From an uncultured Solirubrobacteraceae bacterium (GTDB lineage Bacteria > Actinomycetota > Thermoleophilia > Solirubrobacterales > Solirubrobacteraceae): a stretch of 64,000 nt of DNA. Under the pieces are notes generated by a model. The model had not been told where the DNA came from. It did no database searches and saw nothing but the letters and a program-made list of their open reading frames with translations. Positions 25,171-34,486 of this stretch are shown here, one piece after another. The stretch spans positions 364,433 to 428,432 of the forward strand of contig CAWEXM010000006.1 of assembly GCA_963813055.1 (NCBI GenBank). Reading direction: 5' to 3'. The first letter of the stretch is position 1. Each line of letters starts with the position of its first letter. The position numbers were made by a program, and so were the translations under genes.

Positions 25171-26862
25171 ATGAGCCAGAAGAAACGGCCCACGGGCCAC
25201 CTGCAGGTCAAGACCGACAAGAACGGTCGCGGACGCTCCTTCTGGGCGTTCTGGCGCGACCGCAACGATAAGAAGGGCGGCCGACGTCTCGGCCCCGCGC
25301 ACATCCGAGACTCAGGGCGACGCACCGCCCGCGGCGCCGTCATCTGGCGGGCCGGGCACGGCCCCAAGCCCAGCGCCGAGCACCTGACGCCGAAGGAGGC
25401 GCAGGCGTGCCTGGACACGATCCTCGAGGAACTCCGGACGGCTGCAAAGATCGAGCACATCGTCGAGCACACTCTCCAGCAGTCGGTCGAAGGCTGGCTG
25501 CCGGAGCGCAAGGGGGAGAGGGGACTGAAGCGATCCACGATCGCTGGCTACGAGGACATGTTCGAGCGCCTATTCCGCGACCTCGGCGCCGACACACCGC
25601 TGCGCTCGCTCGCCGACGGGCGCCTGCGTGGATATTTCGCCGACTTCAAGGCCTACCGCGTTTTGAGCGAGACGAAGGCCCGCCAGGCGCTCGCCGAAGG
25701 CAAGAACGTGCAACAACTGACGATCGAGCGTTGGACCGCGCAGCCAGCCGAGAGTCAGGCGCTTGAGGTGGCCACTAAGGACGAGGCGTTGCGCCTCGCG
25801 GACGAACTGCCGGGAACATGGAAGCACCGGCGGCGCGGCTGCTACCGCGTTGTCCCGCTCGACGCGCAGCGCCCGCGAAGTGTCTCACGCACCGCGGCGA
25901 TGGCCCTGCAAGCGGAAGGCTGGGTCGTCAAGCGACGGAAGACGAAGCCCTGGATGCTGGTGACCCCGGCCGCCGCGCAGACCCGAAACACCTACCGCGA
26001 CATCCTCGCCGCATCGTTCGACTACGCCGTGCGCGAGGGCTGGCTTGACGCGAACCCACTGGCCTCGGTCAAGCGGGCAAGCAAACGCCACGACCACGAC
26101 CGCATCCTGCGACGCGACGACTTCTACGACCCGGACGAGGTCGACTGCCTCTTGCACCGCGCCCCCAGCGTGTTCGAGGAAGCGTTCTGGCTGTGCGGCG
26201 CACACGCGGGCCTGTGTCTGCCCGGCGAGGCGCTGGGGCTGCGATGGGGCGCCGTCGACTTCCAGACGGGCGTGATGCGGCCCTACGACAACTGGGTGCG
26301 CAACGAGATGGACACGACCAAGACATCCGACTCGGAGGCGATCCCGATGACACCGCGACTGACGCGAGCATTGGCGCAGCTCAGAAGAAGGAGCTACGCG
26401 ACCGGCGAGCAGGACTTCGTGTTCGTAAGCGAGCTGACGCGGGACTCGCCGGTGTCCGAACGGCCTTTGCGGGAGTCTTTCAAGACTGCGGTCCAGGCCG
26501 CCGGGCTGAAGCCGATCAGGATGTACAACCTGCGGCACTCGTTCGGCACAACGCTGGCGCGCAACGGCATTGACATCAGGACGGTCCAGGCGCTCATGCG
26601 CCACGACCGGCTCAGCACGACCGAACAGTACATGGCCTACTCACCGCGCCCTGACCTTGCGGAGCAGATCGCTCGGGCGCTTGATCCGCACAGCTCGCGG
26701 GAGAACGTTCTGCCGATTCCGTCGCTGTCCGAGGGTTCAGACGCGACGTTCCTAGAGCGTCTGGAAGAAGTGATCCCGGCGAAGTGGCTTCGAGAGGTCC
26801 AACGGGTCTACACGGAGGCCGGCTCAGATGTCCCGGCGTTGACTGTCTCGCGCCTCAGGTGA
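25171..26862 (+). CDS. tyrosine recombinase/integrase, with the catalytic Arg position encoding Cys
   Basis: AVREGWLDANP, GL(C)LPGEALGLRW, TK, YNLRHSFG, VQALMRH..LSTTEQY. Confidence 0.92.
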   Translation: MSQKKRPTGHLQVKTDKNGRGRSFWAFWRDRNDKKGGRRLGPAHIRDSGRRTARGAVIWRAGHGPKPSAEHLTPKEAQACLDTILEELRTAAKIEHIVEHTLQQSVEGWLPERKGERGLKRSTIAGYEDMFERLFRDLGADTPLRSLADGRLRGYFADFKAYRVLSETKARQALAEGKNVQQLTIERWTAQPAESQALEVATKDEALRLADELPGTWKHRRRGCYRVVPLDAQRPRSVSRTAAMALQAEGWVVKRRKTKPWMLVTPAAAQTRNTYRDILAASFDYAVREGWLDANPLASVKRASKRHDHDRILRRDDFYDPDEVDCLLHRAPSVFEEAFWLCGAHAGLCLPGEALGLRWGAVDFQTGVMRPYDNWVRNEMDTTKTSDSEAIPMTPRLTRALAQLRRRSYATGEQDFVFVSELTRDSPVSERPLRESFKTAVQAAGLKPIRMYNLRHSFGTTLARNGIDIRTVQALMRHDRLSTTEQYMAYSPRPDLAEQIARALDPHSSRENVLPIPSLSEGSDATFLERLEEVIPAKWLREVQRVYTEAGSDVPALTVSRLR

Positions 26863-28198
26863 ATTCTGCTGGTGGATCGTTGTCGAGCATGTCGCGCACC
26901 TGGTCGCGCAGATTCAGATCCCACGCCAGACGGATGTACCTGAGCACGCGCTGGTCGGGCTCAAGCTTCATGAACGCTTGGCGCCGCTGATCGTCCAGTT
27001 GCGAGAGCGTCTCGTTCATCCACCCTTCGACCTTCGCGCGGTCCCAGATGGTGTGGACGTCGATGGCCGGCATCCACTCGCTGCCTATCTCGGGCGTAGG
27101 TGACTCAGAGACGTACTCAACGAGATACCATGCGTACCCGAGGTCGTTGGTCTTGCGGTCGCGCACCACGGCAAGACGGCGGCCTACCATGGCGAAGTCT
27201 CCGATCTGCACGCCGCCGGAAACAACGCTGTCGTGTATAGCCTCGTGAGGGTCGACCCGAAGATTGTCACGTGCTTCGCGATGCAGACGGCAGACGGCCC
27301 CGCCATCGAGTCCCGTCAGCTGCTGAACGCGCGAGAAACACAGGCTCCCGAGCCGTGCCACCACCAATGCTCCCCACCGAAGATCGTGCATCGTGACTTC
27401 GCCATCGCCGTGTCCCCTGGCGGCGTCTGGATCGTCAAGGTGATCGGGGTCTCCGGAGGAGAAGTGCACACGGCGGCTCAAGCGTGAGTACAGTCGCTGG
27501 TAGGTGATACCCAGCGCGAGACGCTCGGTCGGTGTCGCGCCGTGAAGAGCGTGCCGAAGGCGAGAACGATGGCTCGACAGTGCACCGAGCCCGGTGCGCG
27601 CGATCTTGTCGACCGTGGCGGGCACCCGACGACGGGCATACCAGCAGTTCGCCAGAGTGTCGCCGAGTGCCTGCTCGCAAGCCACGACCTCTCCGGCAAT
27701 CGCCAAGAGCTGCACCTCCTGCGAGGCGGGGCGACAGGAGAAAAAGGTCTCCACATCTGCAAGCTGCGCGGCGCACTGGTAGAGGCGCATCAACTCCGCA
27801 TGGTGGAGCCAGTAGGCGGGTGCGTCAGTACCGCAGAACCCGATGAGCGCGACAAGCATCTCCCATGCTAGACGCTGACGAGCGCTCTGCTCATCGGCCA
27901 ATCCGCGACGCCAGAGGACATCGGGCTCGCTCGCGTCATCAATGGAATCGAGGGCATCGAGCCATCGCTCGACCGTGAAGCCGAGCTTACGCAACCCCTC
28001 AAGCGAGCCCACCAAGTAGCGGGTACGCACAGTGCCAGCGTCGAAGGCGTGATCGACGGCGACAAGTTGCTCACGGGCGCCCTCGCTACAGAAATATGCA
28101 AGTAGTCTCTCCTGCCAGTCATGCGGCTTAGGCCCGTTGGCTGTAACCCAGAGCGGCGACGGCGCCTTCCCGTCGAGGCTGATTATCCTGCGGTGCAT
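26855..28198 (-). CDS. hypothetical protein with a DUF5677/HEPN-like motif and a C-terminal SH3/KOW-like segment
   Basis: 447-aa helical ORF; YQRLYSRLSRRVH; VQIGDFAMV...YLVEYV. Confidence 0.55.
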   Translation of the reverse strand: MHRRIISLDGKAPSPLWVTANGPKPHDWQERLLAYFCSEGAREQLVAVDHAFDAGTVRTRYLVGSLEGLRKLGFTVERWLDALDSIDDASEPDVLWRRGLADEQSARQRLAWEMLVALIGFCGTDAPAYWLHHAELMRLYQCAAQLADVETFFSCRPASQEVQLLAIAGEVVACEQALGDTLANCWYARRRVPATVDKIARTGLGALSSHRSRLRHALHGATPTERLALGITYQRLYSRLSRRVHFSSGDPDHLDDPDAARGHGDGEVTMHDLRWGALVVARLGSLCFSRVQQLTGLDGGAVCRLHREARDNLRVDPHEAIHDSVVSGGVQIGDFAMVGRRLAVVRDRKTNDLGYAWYLVEYVSESPTPEIGSEWMPAIDVHTIWDRAKVEGWMNETLSQLDDQRRQAFMKLEPDQRVLRYIRLAWDLNLRDQVRDMLDNDPPAEFT

Positions 28199-28529
28199 TT
28201 ACGATGTCAGCATTGACATATAGGGGCCGGATATCATCTCGAGCGCACGCTATGTAAAGATCGCGAGCGCGTTACAGAGCGTCTACGAGAGGTCGTACCT
28301 GATGCTTCACAAATACCGGTGGCAAGGCATTACCTATCAGGTCTGCCGCCTTATACTTACCCCTGGTCAGTGGAAACTCGTAGTCAGGCGAAAATGACTG
28401 GAGTAGAGCGGCCTCACGCAAGGTGATCGCTCTGTCTTCCTCGGGATGAAGGAATCGACAAGCTCTGGGAGACCGGGGCTTGTGTTCTGAAGGGCGTCCA
28501 CTGCTCGCACGCCTGCGCCTTTTCGTAGG

Positions 28530-28790
28530 TCACATTTGATCGGTGCGGACTGGCGTGCCATCCGGGCGGACGAACGAGATGTCGATCCCGAGCCGCATCG
28601 CGTTGGCGATGTTGGCCAACTGGCCGAGCGTGAGGTTACGACGACCGGCTTCGACGGCGGAGATGTAGGAGGGGGAGACTCCCAGGCGCTCGGCGACCGC
28701 GGTTTGGGTCAGCCCGAGCGCTTGGCGGGTGTCTTTGATCTCGCGGCCGACGACCTTCGCGTGGATCTCGGATACCGCCGTTCGTGGCAT
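28530..28790 (-). CDS. XRE-family HTH regulator (HipB-like)
   Basis: IKDTRQALGLTQTAVAERLGVSPSYISAVEAGRRNLTLGQLANIANAM. Confidence 0.9.
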   Translation of the reverse strand: MPRTAVSEIHAKVVGREIKDTRQALGLTQTAVAERLGVSPSYISAVEAGRRNLTLGQLANIANAMRLGIDISFVRPDGTPVRTDQM

Positions 28791-28794
28791 GGGC

Positions 28795-29106
28795 TCAGGC
28801 GGCAGTGGAGTAGTGGAAGCTGGCGGCGACCGGCTCGGCCGCGGCGACCTCGATGATCTTGACGTGGAGGTCTCCGCTGCGGTAACCAAATGGCTGCAGT
28901 CGTGCCCAGCGCTCGGCGCCATCAGCCCGCGTGATGCGCTCCGCGGTCTTGGGGTCGACGATCGCGAGGTCAGGGTTGATCCAGTCGGCGCGCGGTCCGC
29001 TGATGCTCACGTCGTCGCCATCGGCGAGCAACTGCGCGACAGGCAACTCGATCCACTCTTTGGTGTCTGGGTCGCGCTCGAAGGTCGTGAAGTTGACTTG
29101 GATCAT
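28795..29106 (-). CDS. hypothetical protein, 103 aa
   Basis: Clean ORF ending 4 bp before the XRE start; preceded by the shared promoter cassette. Confidence 0.7.
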   Translation of the reverse strand: MIQVNFTTFERDPDTKEWIELPVAQLLADGDDVSISGPRADWINPDLAIVDPKTAERITRADGAERWARLQPFGYRSGDLHVKIIEVAAAEPVAASFHYSTAA

Positions 29107-29122
29107 GAGGAGGCTCCCTTCA

Positions 29123-29192
29123 ATATCGGATGCTCAAGTTGACCTCTTGAGTTATGATGCTACCACGTCGTACGGAACGTATGGCGGACATT
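29123..29192 (-). promoter_or_regulatory. shared promoter/operator cassette, copy 2
   Basis: Minus strand TCAAG-N15-TCCGATAT; TACG-GAA-CGTA at 29171-29181; matches 14876-14929. Confidence 0.65.
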
Positions 29193-29931
29193 TCAGAACT
29201 CGCCCGGGCGCAGAACCTCGCCTCTTTGGAGCATAAGCCGCGCCCTGTTCGCCAGTGCCTGCACGCGGTCGGGCAGGAGGAACTTCGCCATGCCGAGTAG
29301 GTCGGAGTCGCCCAGCAGACGAGTGAGCGCGTCGCACTCCTCCGTGAGCAGGCTTGCGGCACCGTGCTCGTGACGAGCAACCACGAAGTCTGAGTAGTTG
29401 AGGATGGCTCGCGGCAGCGCAAAGGTATAGCCGTGATCGATCAGGGCCAACCGATGGCCGTCCCAGCGCCAGTTCCCGTCGTGACGGTCCTGCTGCGCGA
29501 TCAGCGAGTCGAAGAACGCCGCGGGCAGGCACCAAGTCGGGTTCAAGGTCGGCGCTGTATCGCGTGGCCATCCAACCGCTTGTAGCAAGAGCGAGCCATC
29601 CTCGCCCGCGTACTCACGCAGCACGCATGGCACGACGATCTCATCCCACGGCGGTCCGAGCGCTACGGCGAGCCGCCAGCTCGACCGCCTCGTGAAGCGG
29701 CGGCGTCTCGTCGGTCTGTCCGTAGGCGATCGCGTTGGCGACATGCACGCCGGAGAACGGCTTGTGGAAGACGATCACTCCACTGGCGAGTTCCATCTGC
29801 TTCGTCGCATTCACGCCGGGAGAGGTCGTGGGCGCGGGAGGGCCAGCGAACGCCTCGTTGAGCATCTGCTGCTCAATCGCGCGAGCTCCCTGGCTCGCCC
29901 GAATAGCCGCTATCTGCGCGTCGATCTTCAC
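29193..29931 (-). CDS. HipA / PI3-PI4-kinase-like protein kinase with one frameshift near 29680
   Basis: VFHKP, then HEA..WRLA across the shift, catalytic FDSLIAQQDRHDGN and LIDHG. Confidence 0.75.
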
Positions 29932-30056
29932 GCGTCCAAGTGTGCCCGTGCGTTAGGACGCCCTGGTCGGTGCCCTTCCGACACCCCGTAGGGAAATCCA
30001 CCACCGCCGTGATACTCTGCAAACTAGCAAACTACCGCATTTGCAGGCATTTGCGA

Positions 30057-30130
30057 TGCCGGAGGAGGGACTCGAACCCCCGACACGCGGATTATGATTC
30101 CGCTGCTCTAACCAGCTGAGCTACTCCGGC
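30057..30130 (-). tRNA. tRNA-Met (anticodon CAT; probably elongator, Ile2 not excluded)
   Basis: GCCGGAGTAGCTCAGCTGGTTAGAGCAGCGGAATCATAATCCGCGTGTCGGGGGTTCGAGTCCCTCCTCCGGCA folds as a cloverleaf; no encoded CCA. Confidence 0.95.
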
Positions 30131-30244
30131 CCGGATGACGCAGGAGTGTAGCGAGGACATACGCAGGTCAGATGAGCCGCCGGGCTTGACTCCGAGAGCT
30201 ATGATTGTACAGAAGCGTTTACTCCTGACGGAAGCGGGCACCAA

Positions 30245-31009
30245 ATGCTCCATGCGCAGACTCTGGGGATGACGTCGGACAGCACGCATGCCGGCAGCGT
30301 GCGGCTGGCGCTGCAGCGGTGCTTGGTCGTGGCGACTCTGCTCTGCAGCGTGGTGTGCCTGGCCCCGGCGGCCCTGCCTGCGAGCGCGCGGGCCGGCGGC
30401 GGCGATGCGGCAACGACCCGCACCTACCTCGAAGTCAACTACCGGTTCGTCAAGGACGTCGCCTCGAAGATCCCCTCGATCGAAAGGGCGCTCCATGCCA
30501 CGGCCACGCAGGTGCGCGGCGAATGCCCGAGGGCGGCCGCCGGCTCGCCGCAGAACAGCGACTCCGAACAGCTCAGCAACGAGGTCGTCGGCACGCTGGT
30601 GGACACCGCGGTGCCGCTGCTCGTGCGCCCCGCCTCGCTCCGGTTCATCCTCGTCGCGGGCGCTCTCAAATGGAGCGACGGTGCGCTGACTCGCACCGTC
30701 CAAGCCTATGTGGCCAAGCTCAAGACGCTCGGGACGCTCGGGGTGCCGAGCCTCTGCTCCGACGTGCGGGTCTGGGCCGCCAGCGGCTTCCGCACGCTGC
30801 CGGGGAGCACCGTCCGCTTCTCCAAGCGCTTCATGGCGAACTGGGTCTCAGCCGGCGAGCTCCCCGCCGGTCTCGCCCGCTACGAGACGCCGGCGGAGCG
30901 TTCCCTGGTCCGCCGCACCAAGGTTCTGGAAGGCAAGGTCGCCGACCTCGAAGCCCGTGAAGTCGAAACGTGGAGTCAGATCATGGACGGTCTGGAACTC
31001 GCGCCCTGA
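30245..31009 (+). CDS. secreted hypothetical protein
   Basis: Hydrophobic signal-like segment and a helical mature domain; start codon uncertain. Confidence 0.65.
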   Translation: MLHAQTLGMTSDSTHAGSVRLALQRCLVVATLLCSVVCLAPAALPASARAGGGDAATTRTYLEVNYRFVKDVASKIPSIERALHATATQVRGECPRAAAGSPQNSDSEQLSNEVVGTLVDTAVPLLVRPASLRFILVAGALKWSDGALTRTVQAYVAKLKTLGTLGVPSLCSDVRVWAASGFRTLPGSTVRFSKRFMANWVSAGELPAGLARYETPAERSLVRRTKVLEGKVADLEAREVETWSQIMDGLELAP

Positions 31010-31057
31010 CCAGGAGGAAGGGAGCAAAGGCTCAAAATCTCCTAGCCTGCAGGGCGC

Positions 31058-32005
31058 ATGACCGCGCCAACCCTCCTCGCGATCCCAAACGTCAGCGAGG
31101 GCCGCGACCCCGAGACGATCGCCGCGATCGGAGCCGCGTTCGCCAGCGGTGAGGCGAGCGCCGCATCCGGAGGGGCGCTGGCCCCCGCGCGCCTGCTCGA
31201 CACCCACTCCGACCCCGACCACCACCGCTCCGTCTACACGCTCGCCGGCCCGCCACGCGCGCTCGCCGACGCGCTCCTGCGGGGCGCCGCCGCCGCGATC
31301 GCCCACATCGACGTGATGAGCCGCGCTGGCGAAGCCGCCGCCCAGATCGGTCAGCACCCGCACGTGGGTGCGGTCGACGTGGTCCCGCTCGTATATCTAA
31401 ACCCAAGCGCGCGCGGGGCCGCCTGCGCCGAGGCGCTCGTCGTGGCCGAGCGGATCGGCAGCGAGCTCGAAGTGCCCGTGTTCCTCTACGGCGAGCTCTC
31501 CGGCGAAGATCCCGCCGATAGACGCGCGCGCGCCGACCTGCGCCGCGGAGGCGTGCTCGGCCTCGCCGAGCGCATGGCCGCCGCTCACTCGCACGTGAAG
31601 CCCGACTTCGGCCCGCCGCGCATGCACCCCACCGCCGGCGCCACGCTCGTGGCCGCGCGCCCGCCGCTCGTCGCGTTCAACGTCCAGCTCGCCGCGCCCG
31701 CCACGCTCGCCGACGCGCGCGCGATCGCCTCCCGTGTCCGGGAGGGCGGCCCCGACGGACTCCCCGGCCTGCGCGCCATCGGCGTCGAGCTAGCCGACGC
31801 CGTCGCGCAGGTCTCCATGAACGTCGAGCGCCCCTTCGACGTGCCGCTCGCCGACGTCCTCGCCGCGGTCCGCGCGCACGCGCCCGTCGCGAGCGCCGAG
31901 CTCGTCGGGCTCGCGCCCGCCGCCGCGTTCCACGGCTTCCCCGCGGACGTGCCGATCCCCGGCTTCGACCCCGCGCGCCACCTGATCGAGAACGCATTAG
32001 GCTGA
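31058..32005 (+). CDS. glutamate formiminotransferase
   Basis: PNVSEGRD, SDPDHHRSV, HPHVGAVDVVP, PDFGP, HPTAGAT, QVSMN, ELVGL. Confidence 0.9.
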   Translation: MTAPTLLAIPNVSEGRDPETIAAIGAAFASGEASAASGGALAPARLLDTHSDPDHHRSVYTLAGPPRALADALLRGAAAAIAHIDVMSRAGEAAAQIGQHPHVGAVDVVPLVYLNPSARGAACAEALVVAERIGSELEVPVFLYGELSGEDPADRRARADLRRGGVLGLAERMAAAHSHVKPDFGPPRMHPTAGATLVAARPPLVAFNVQLAAPATLADARAIASRVREGGPDGLPGLRAIGVELADAVAQVSMNVERPFDVPLADVLAAVRAHAPVASAELVGLAPAAAFHGFPADVPIPGFDPARHLIENALG

Positions 32006-32013
32006 TAGGGCAC

Positions 32014-32397
32014 ATGGCTCAGACGAGGCGCAAACGGCAGACCAAGCACCGCGGCAACGCCGCCGGGTTCGTCGAGTCGCGCGGGCGCACCGGGCGCAAG
32101 CCCACCGCCGCGGAGAAGAGCGGCGACCCGGTCGCCGCGGCCAAAGCGCGCAAGGAGCAGAAGATCGACAAACGCGACCTGCCACCCACGTGGCGCGGCG
32201 CGTTCATCAAGGCGATGTTCGCCGGCGTCGTGCTGCTGCTCGTCGTCACGCTTCTGCTCAAACAGTCCAAGAGCGGCATCGCGCTGTTCCCCATCGTGAT
32301 CGCCATGTACACCGTCATCAGCTACTACACCGACAAGTTCGTCTACGACCGCCGACAGCGCAAGAAAGCGGGCGGCGGGGGCGCCTCCGCGCGATGA
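32014..32397 (+). CDS. hypothetical membrane protein (basic N-terminus, 2 TM)
   Basis: GC3-rich ORF coupled to the next gene. Confidence 0.7.
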   Translation: MAQTRRKRQTKHRGNAAGFVESRGRTGRKPTAAEKSGDPVAAAKARKEQKIDKRDLPPTWRGAFIKAMFAGVVLLLVVTLLLKQSKSGIALFPIVIAMYTVISYYTDKFVYDRRQRKKAGGGGASAR

Positions 32398-33113
32398 GCG
32401 CCCCCGACGTGCGCTCGTTCACCGTCGGGCCAATACAGGAGAACTGCTACATCGCGCGCGTCGACGAGCACGCCACGCACGCCGTCATCGTCGACCCCGG
32501 AGAGGAGGCCGACAGGCTGCTCGCGGCGATCGACGCGCTCGGCGTGACGATCGACGCGATCCTCCTCACGCACACCCACTTCGACCACATCGGCGCCGTC
32601 GCGCCCATCGCGCGCGCCACCGGCGCGCCCGTGTACTGCCCGCAGATCGAGCAGCCGATCCTCGCGGACGTCATGAGCTGGGTGCCGCCCGGCTTCGGCC
32701 CGTTCGAGAGCTACGACGCCGAGCACACGCTCGCAGGCGGCGAGCAGCTCCAGATCGCCGGCCTGGACATCGCGGTCATCTTCACCCCCGGCCACAGCCC
32801 CGGACACCTCACGTACGCCATCTCCGGCTCGGGTGGCGCGCCCGGCGCGCTGCTCTCCGGCGACGTGCTCTTCCAGGGCTCAGTCGGGCGCGTCGACCTC
32901 CCAGGCGGCGACTGGCCCACGCTCGAGCGCTCCATCGAGACGCTCCTGCGCGCATACCCCCCCGAGACCGTCGTGTACCCCGGCCACATGGGCGTCACCA
33001 CGCTCGGCCGCGAGCGCGACACCAACCCGTTCCTCAGCGAGCTGCGCGTCCGCGTTCCGCGCGCCGACGCCGCTGCAGCCGCGTCCGACGGCGGGTCCAC
33101 ACTCAGGCTTTGA
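32394..33113 (+). CDS. MBL-fold metallo-hydrolase (glyoxalase II-like)
   Basis: THTHFDHIG, TPGHSPG, GDVLF, PGH, NPF; usual position upstream of hisS. Confidence 0.92.
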   Translation: MSAPDVRSFTVGPIQENCYIARVDEHATHAVIVDPGEEADRLLAAIDALGVTIDAILLTHTHFDHIGAVAPIARATGAPVYCPQIEQPILADVMSWVPPGFGPFESYDAEHTLAGGEQLQIAGLDIAVIFTPGHSPGHLTYAISGSGGAPGALLSGDVLFQGSVGRVDLPGGDWPTLERSIETLLRAYPPETVVYPGHMGVTTLGRERDTNPFLSELRVRVPRADAAAAASDGGSTLRL

Positions 33114-34384
33114 GCGCCGCGGCCTCCGCCTCCAAGGTGAAAGCGCCGCGCGGCACGTTCGACGTGCTCGGCGAGCAGGCCTCCCAGCGCGCCACGCTCG
33201 AGAGCCGCGCCCGCGCGCTGCTTGAGGGCGCGGGCTACGAGCGCATCGAGACGCCCACGTTCGAGGCCACCGAGCTGTTCGCGCGCGGCGTCGGCGAGTC
33301 CACCGACATCGTCAGCAAGGAGATGTTCACGTTCGAAGACGCCGGCGAACGCTCGCTCACGCTGCGCCCCGAGGGCACCGCGCCCGTGTGCCGCGCCTAC
33401 GTCGAGCACGGCATGCACAAGCGCCGTCAGCCCGTCAAGCTGTGGTACCTCTCCAGCTTCTTCCGCCACGAGCGCGCGCAGGCGGGCCGCTACCGCCAGT
33501 TCTGGCAGGTCGGCGCGGAGGCGCTCGGCTCGGAGGACCCCGCGCTCGACGCCGAGTCGATCGTGCTGCTCGCCACGCTGCTCGCCGACATGGGCGTAGC
33601 CGCCGTGCGGCTGCGCCTGTCGAGCCTCGGCAGCGCCGAGAGTCGTCACGCCTACCGCGAGCGCCTGCAGGCGCACCTGCGCGCCAACGAACACAGCCTC
33701 GCGTCTGAGATCAGAGAGCGGATCGAGCTGAACCCGCTGCGCGCGTTCGACTCCGAACACCCCGCCACCATGCACGTGATGGAGAGCGCGCCCAGGCTGC
33801 TCGACCACCTCAGCGCGGAGGACTCCGAGCACTTCGCGCACGTGCGCCAGCTGCTCGACGTGGCGGGCGTCGCCTACGAGGTCGACTCCACGCTCGTGCG
33901 GGGCCTCGACTACTACACGCGCACCGTGTTCGAGTTCACCTCCGACGCGCTCGGCGCGCAGAGCGGCGTCGGCGGCGGCGGGCGCTACGACGGCCTCGTG
34001 CGCCAGCTCGGCGGCCCCGCCACAGCGGGCATCGGCTGGGCGGCCGGCGTCGAGCGGATCCTGCTCGCGGGCGAGACCTCGCCCACCGCGCCCGCGCCCG
34101 TTGAGCTGTTCGTCGCGCTGCAGCCCGACGTGCCCGCGGCGGCACGCACAGCCGCGTTCGCCCTGCTCACGCAGGCGCGCCGCGCGGGCCTGTCCGCGCA
34201 GATGGAGCTCGGCGGGCGCTCGCTCAAGAACCAACTCGCGCACGCCGCCACGCTGCGCGCCCGCTACGTCGCCGTGGTCGGTGAGGGGGAGACCGTGCTG
34301 CGCGACGCGCAGGGCGCGAGCGAGGAGCGGATGGCGAGCGAGCAGGTCGTGCACGCCGTCTTGCGCGGCCACAGCGACCTGTAA
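33110..34384 (+). CDS. hisS: histidine--tRNA ligase
   Basis: PRGTFD, LRPEGTA, FRHERAQAGRYRQFWQ, LVRGLDYYT, GGGRYDGL. Confidence 0.97.
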   Translation: MSAAASASKVKAPRGTFDVLGEQASQRATLESRARALLEGAGYERIETPTFEATELFARGVGESTDIVSKEMFTFEDAGERSLTLRPEGTAPVCRAYVEHGMHKRRQPVKLWYLSSFFRHERAQAGRYRQFWQVGAEALGSEDPALDAESIVLLATLLADMGVAAVRLRLSSLGSAESRHAYRERLQAHLRANEHSLASEIRERIELNPLRAFDSEHPATMHVMESAPRLLDHLSAEDSEHFAHVRQLLDVAGVAYEVDSTLVRGLDYYTRTVFEFTSDALGAQSGVGGGGRYDGLVRQLGGPATAGIGWAAGVERILLAGETSPTAPAPVELFVALQPDVPAAARTAAFALLTQARRAGLSAQMELGGRSLKNQLAHAATLRARYVAVVGEGETVLRDAQGASEERMASEQVVHAVLRGHSDL

Positions 34385-34451
34385 ACCGCTTCGGGAGCAG
34401 ACGCTTGCGAGGTTTACGGCGCGCGCCGGCGTCCAAGGCGACCCGCGCCGT

Positions 34452-34479
34452 TCAACTTCTTCGCGCGATCTGCCGACAA
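34452..34479 (+). promoter_or_regulatory. sigma-28/WhiG-type promoter
   Basis: TCAAC-N15-GCCGACAA; ATG at 34487. Confidence 0.6.
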
Positions 34480-34486
34480 GGAGGCG

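Larger units (their letters stand above)
24962..30098. mobile_element. 5.1-kb tRNA-Met-integrated genomic islet
   Basis: 47-bp terminal direct repeats; tyrosine integrase next to the left repeat; GGGAAATCC repeats just inside both ends. Confidence 0.9.
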
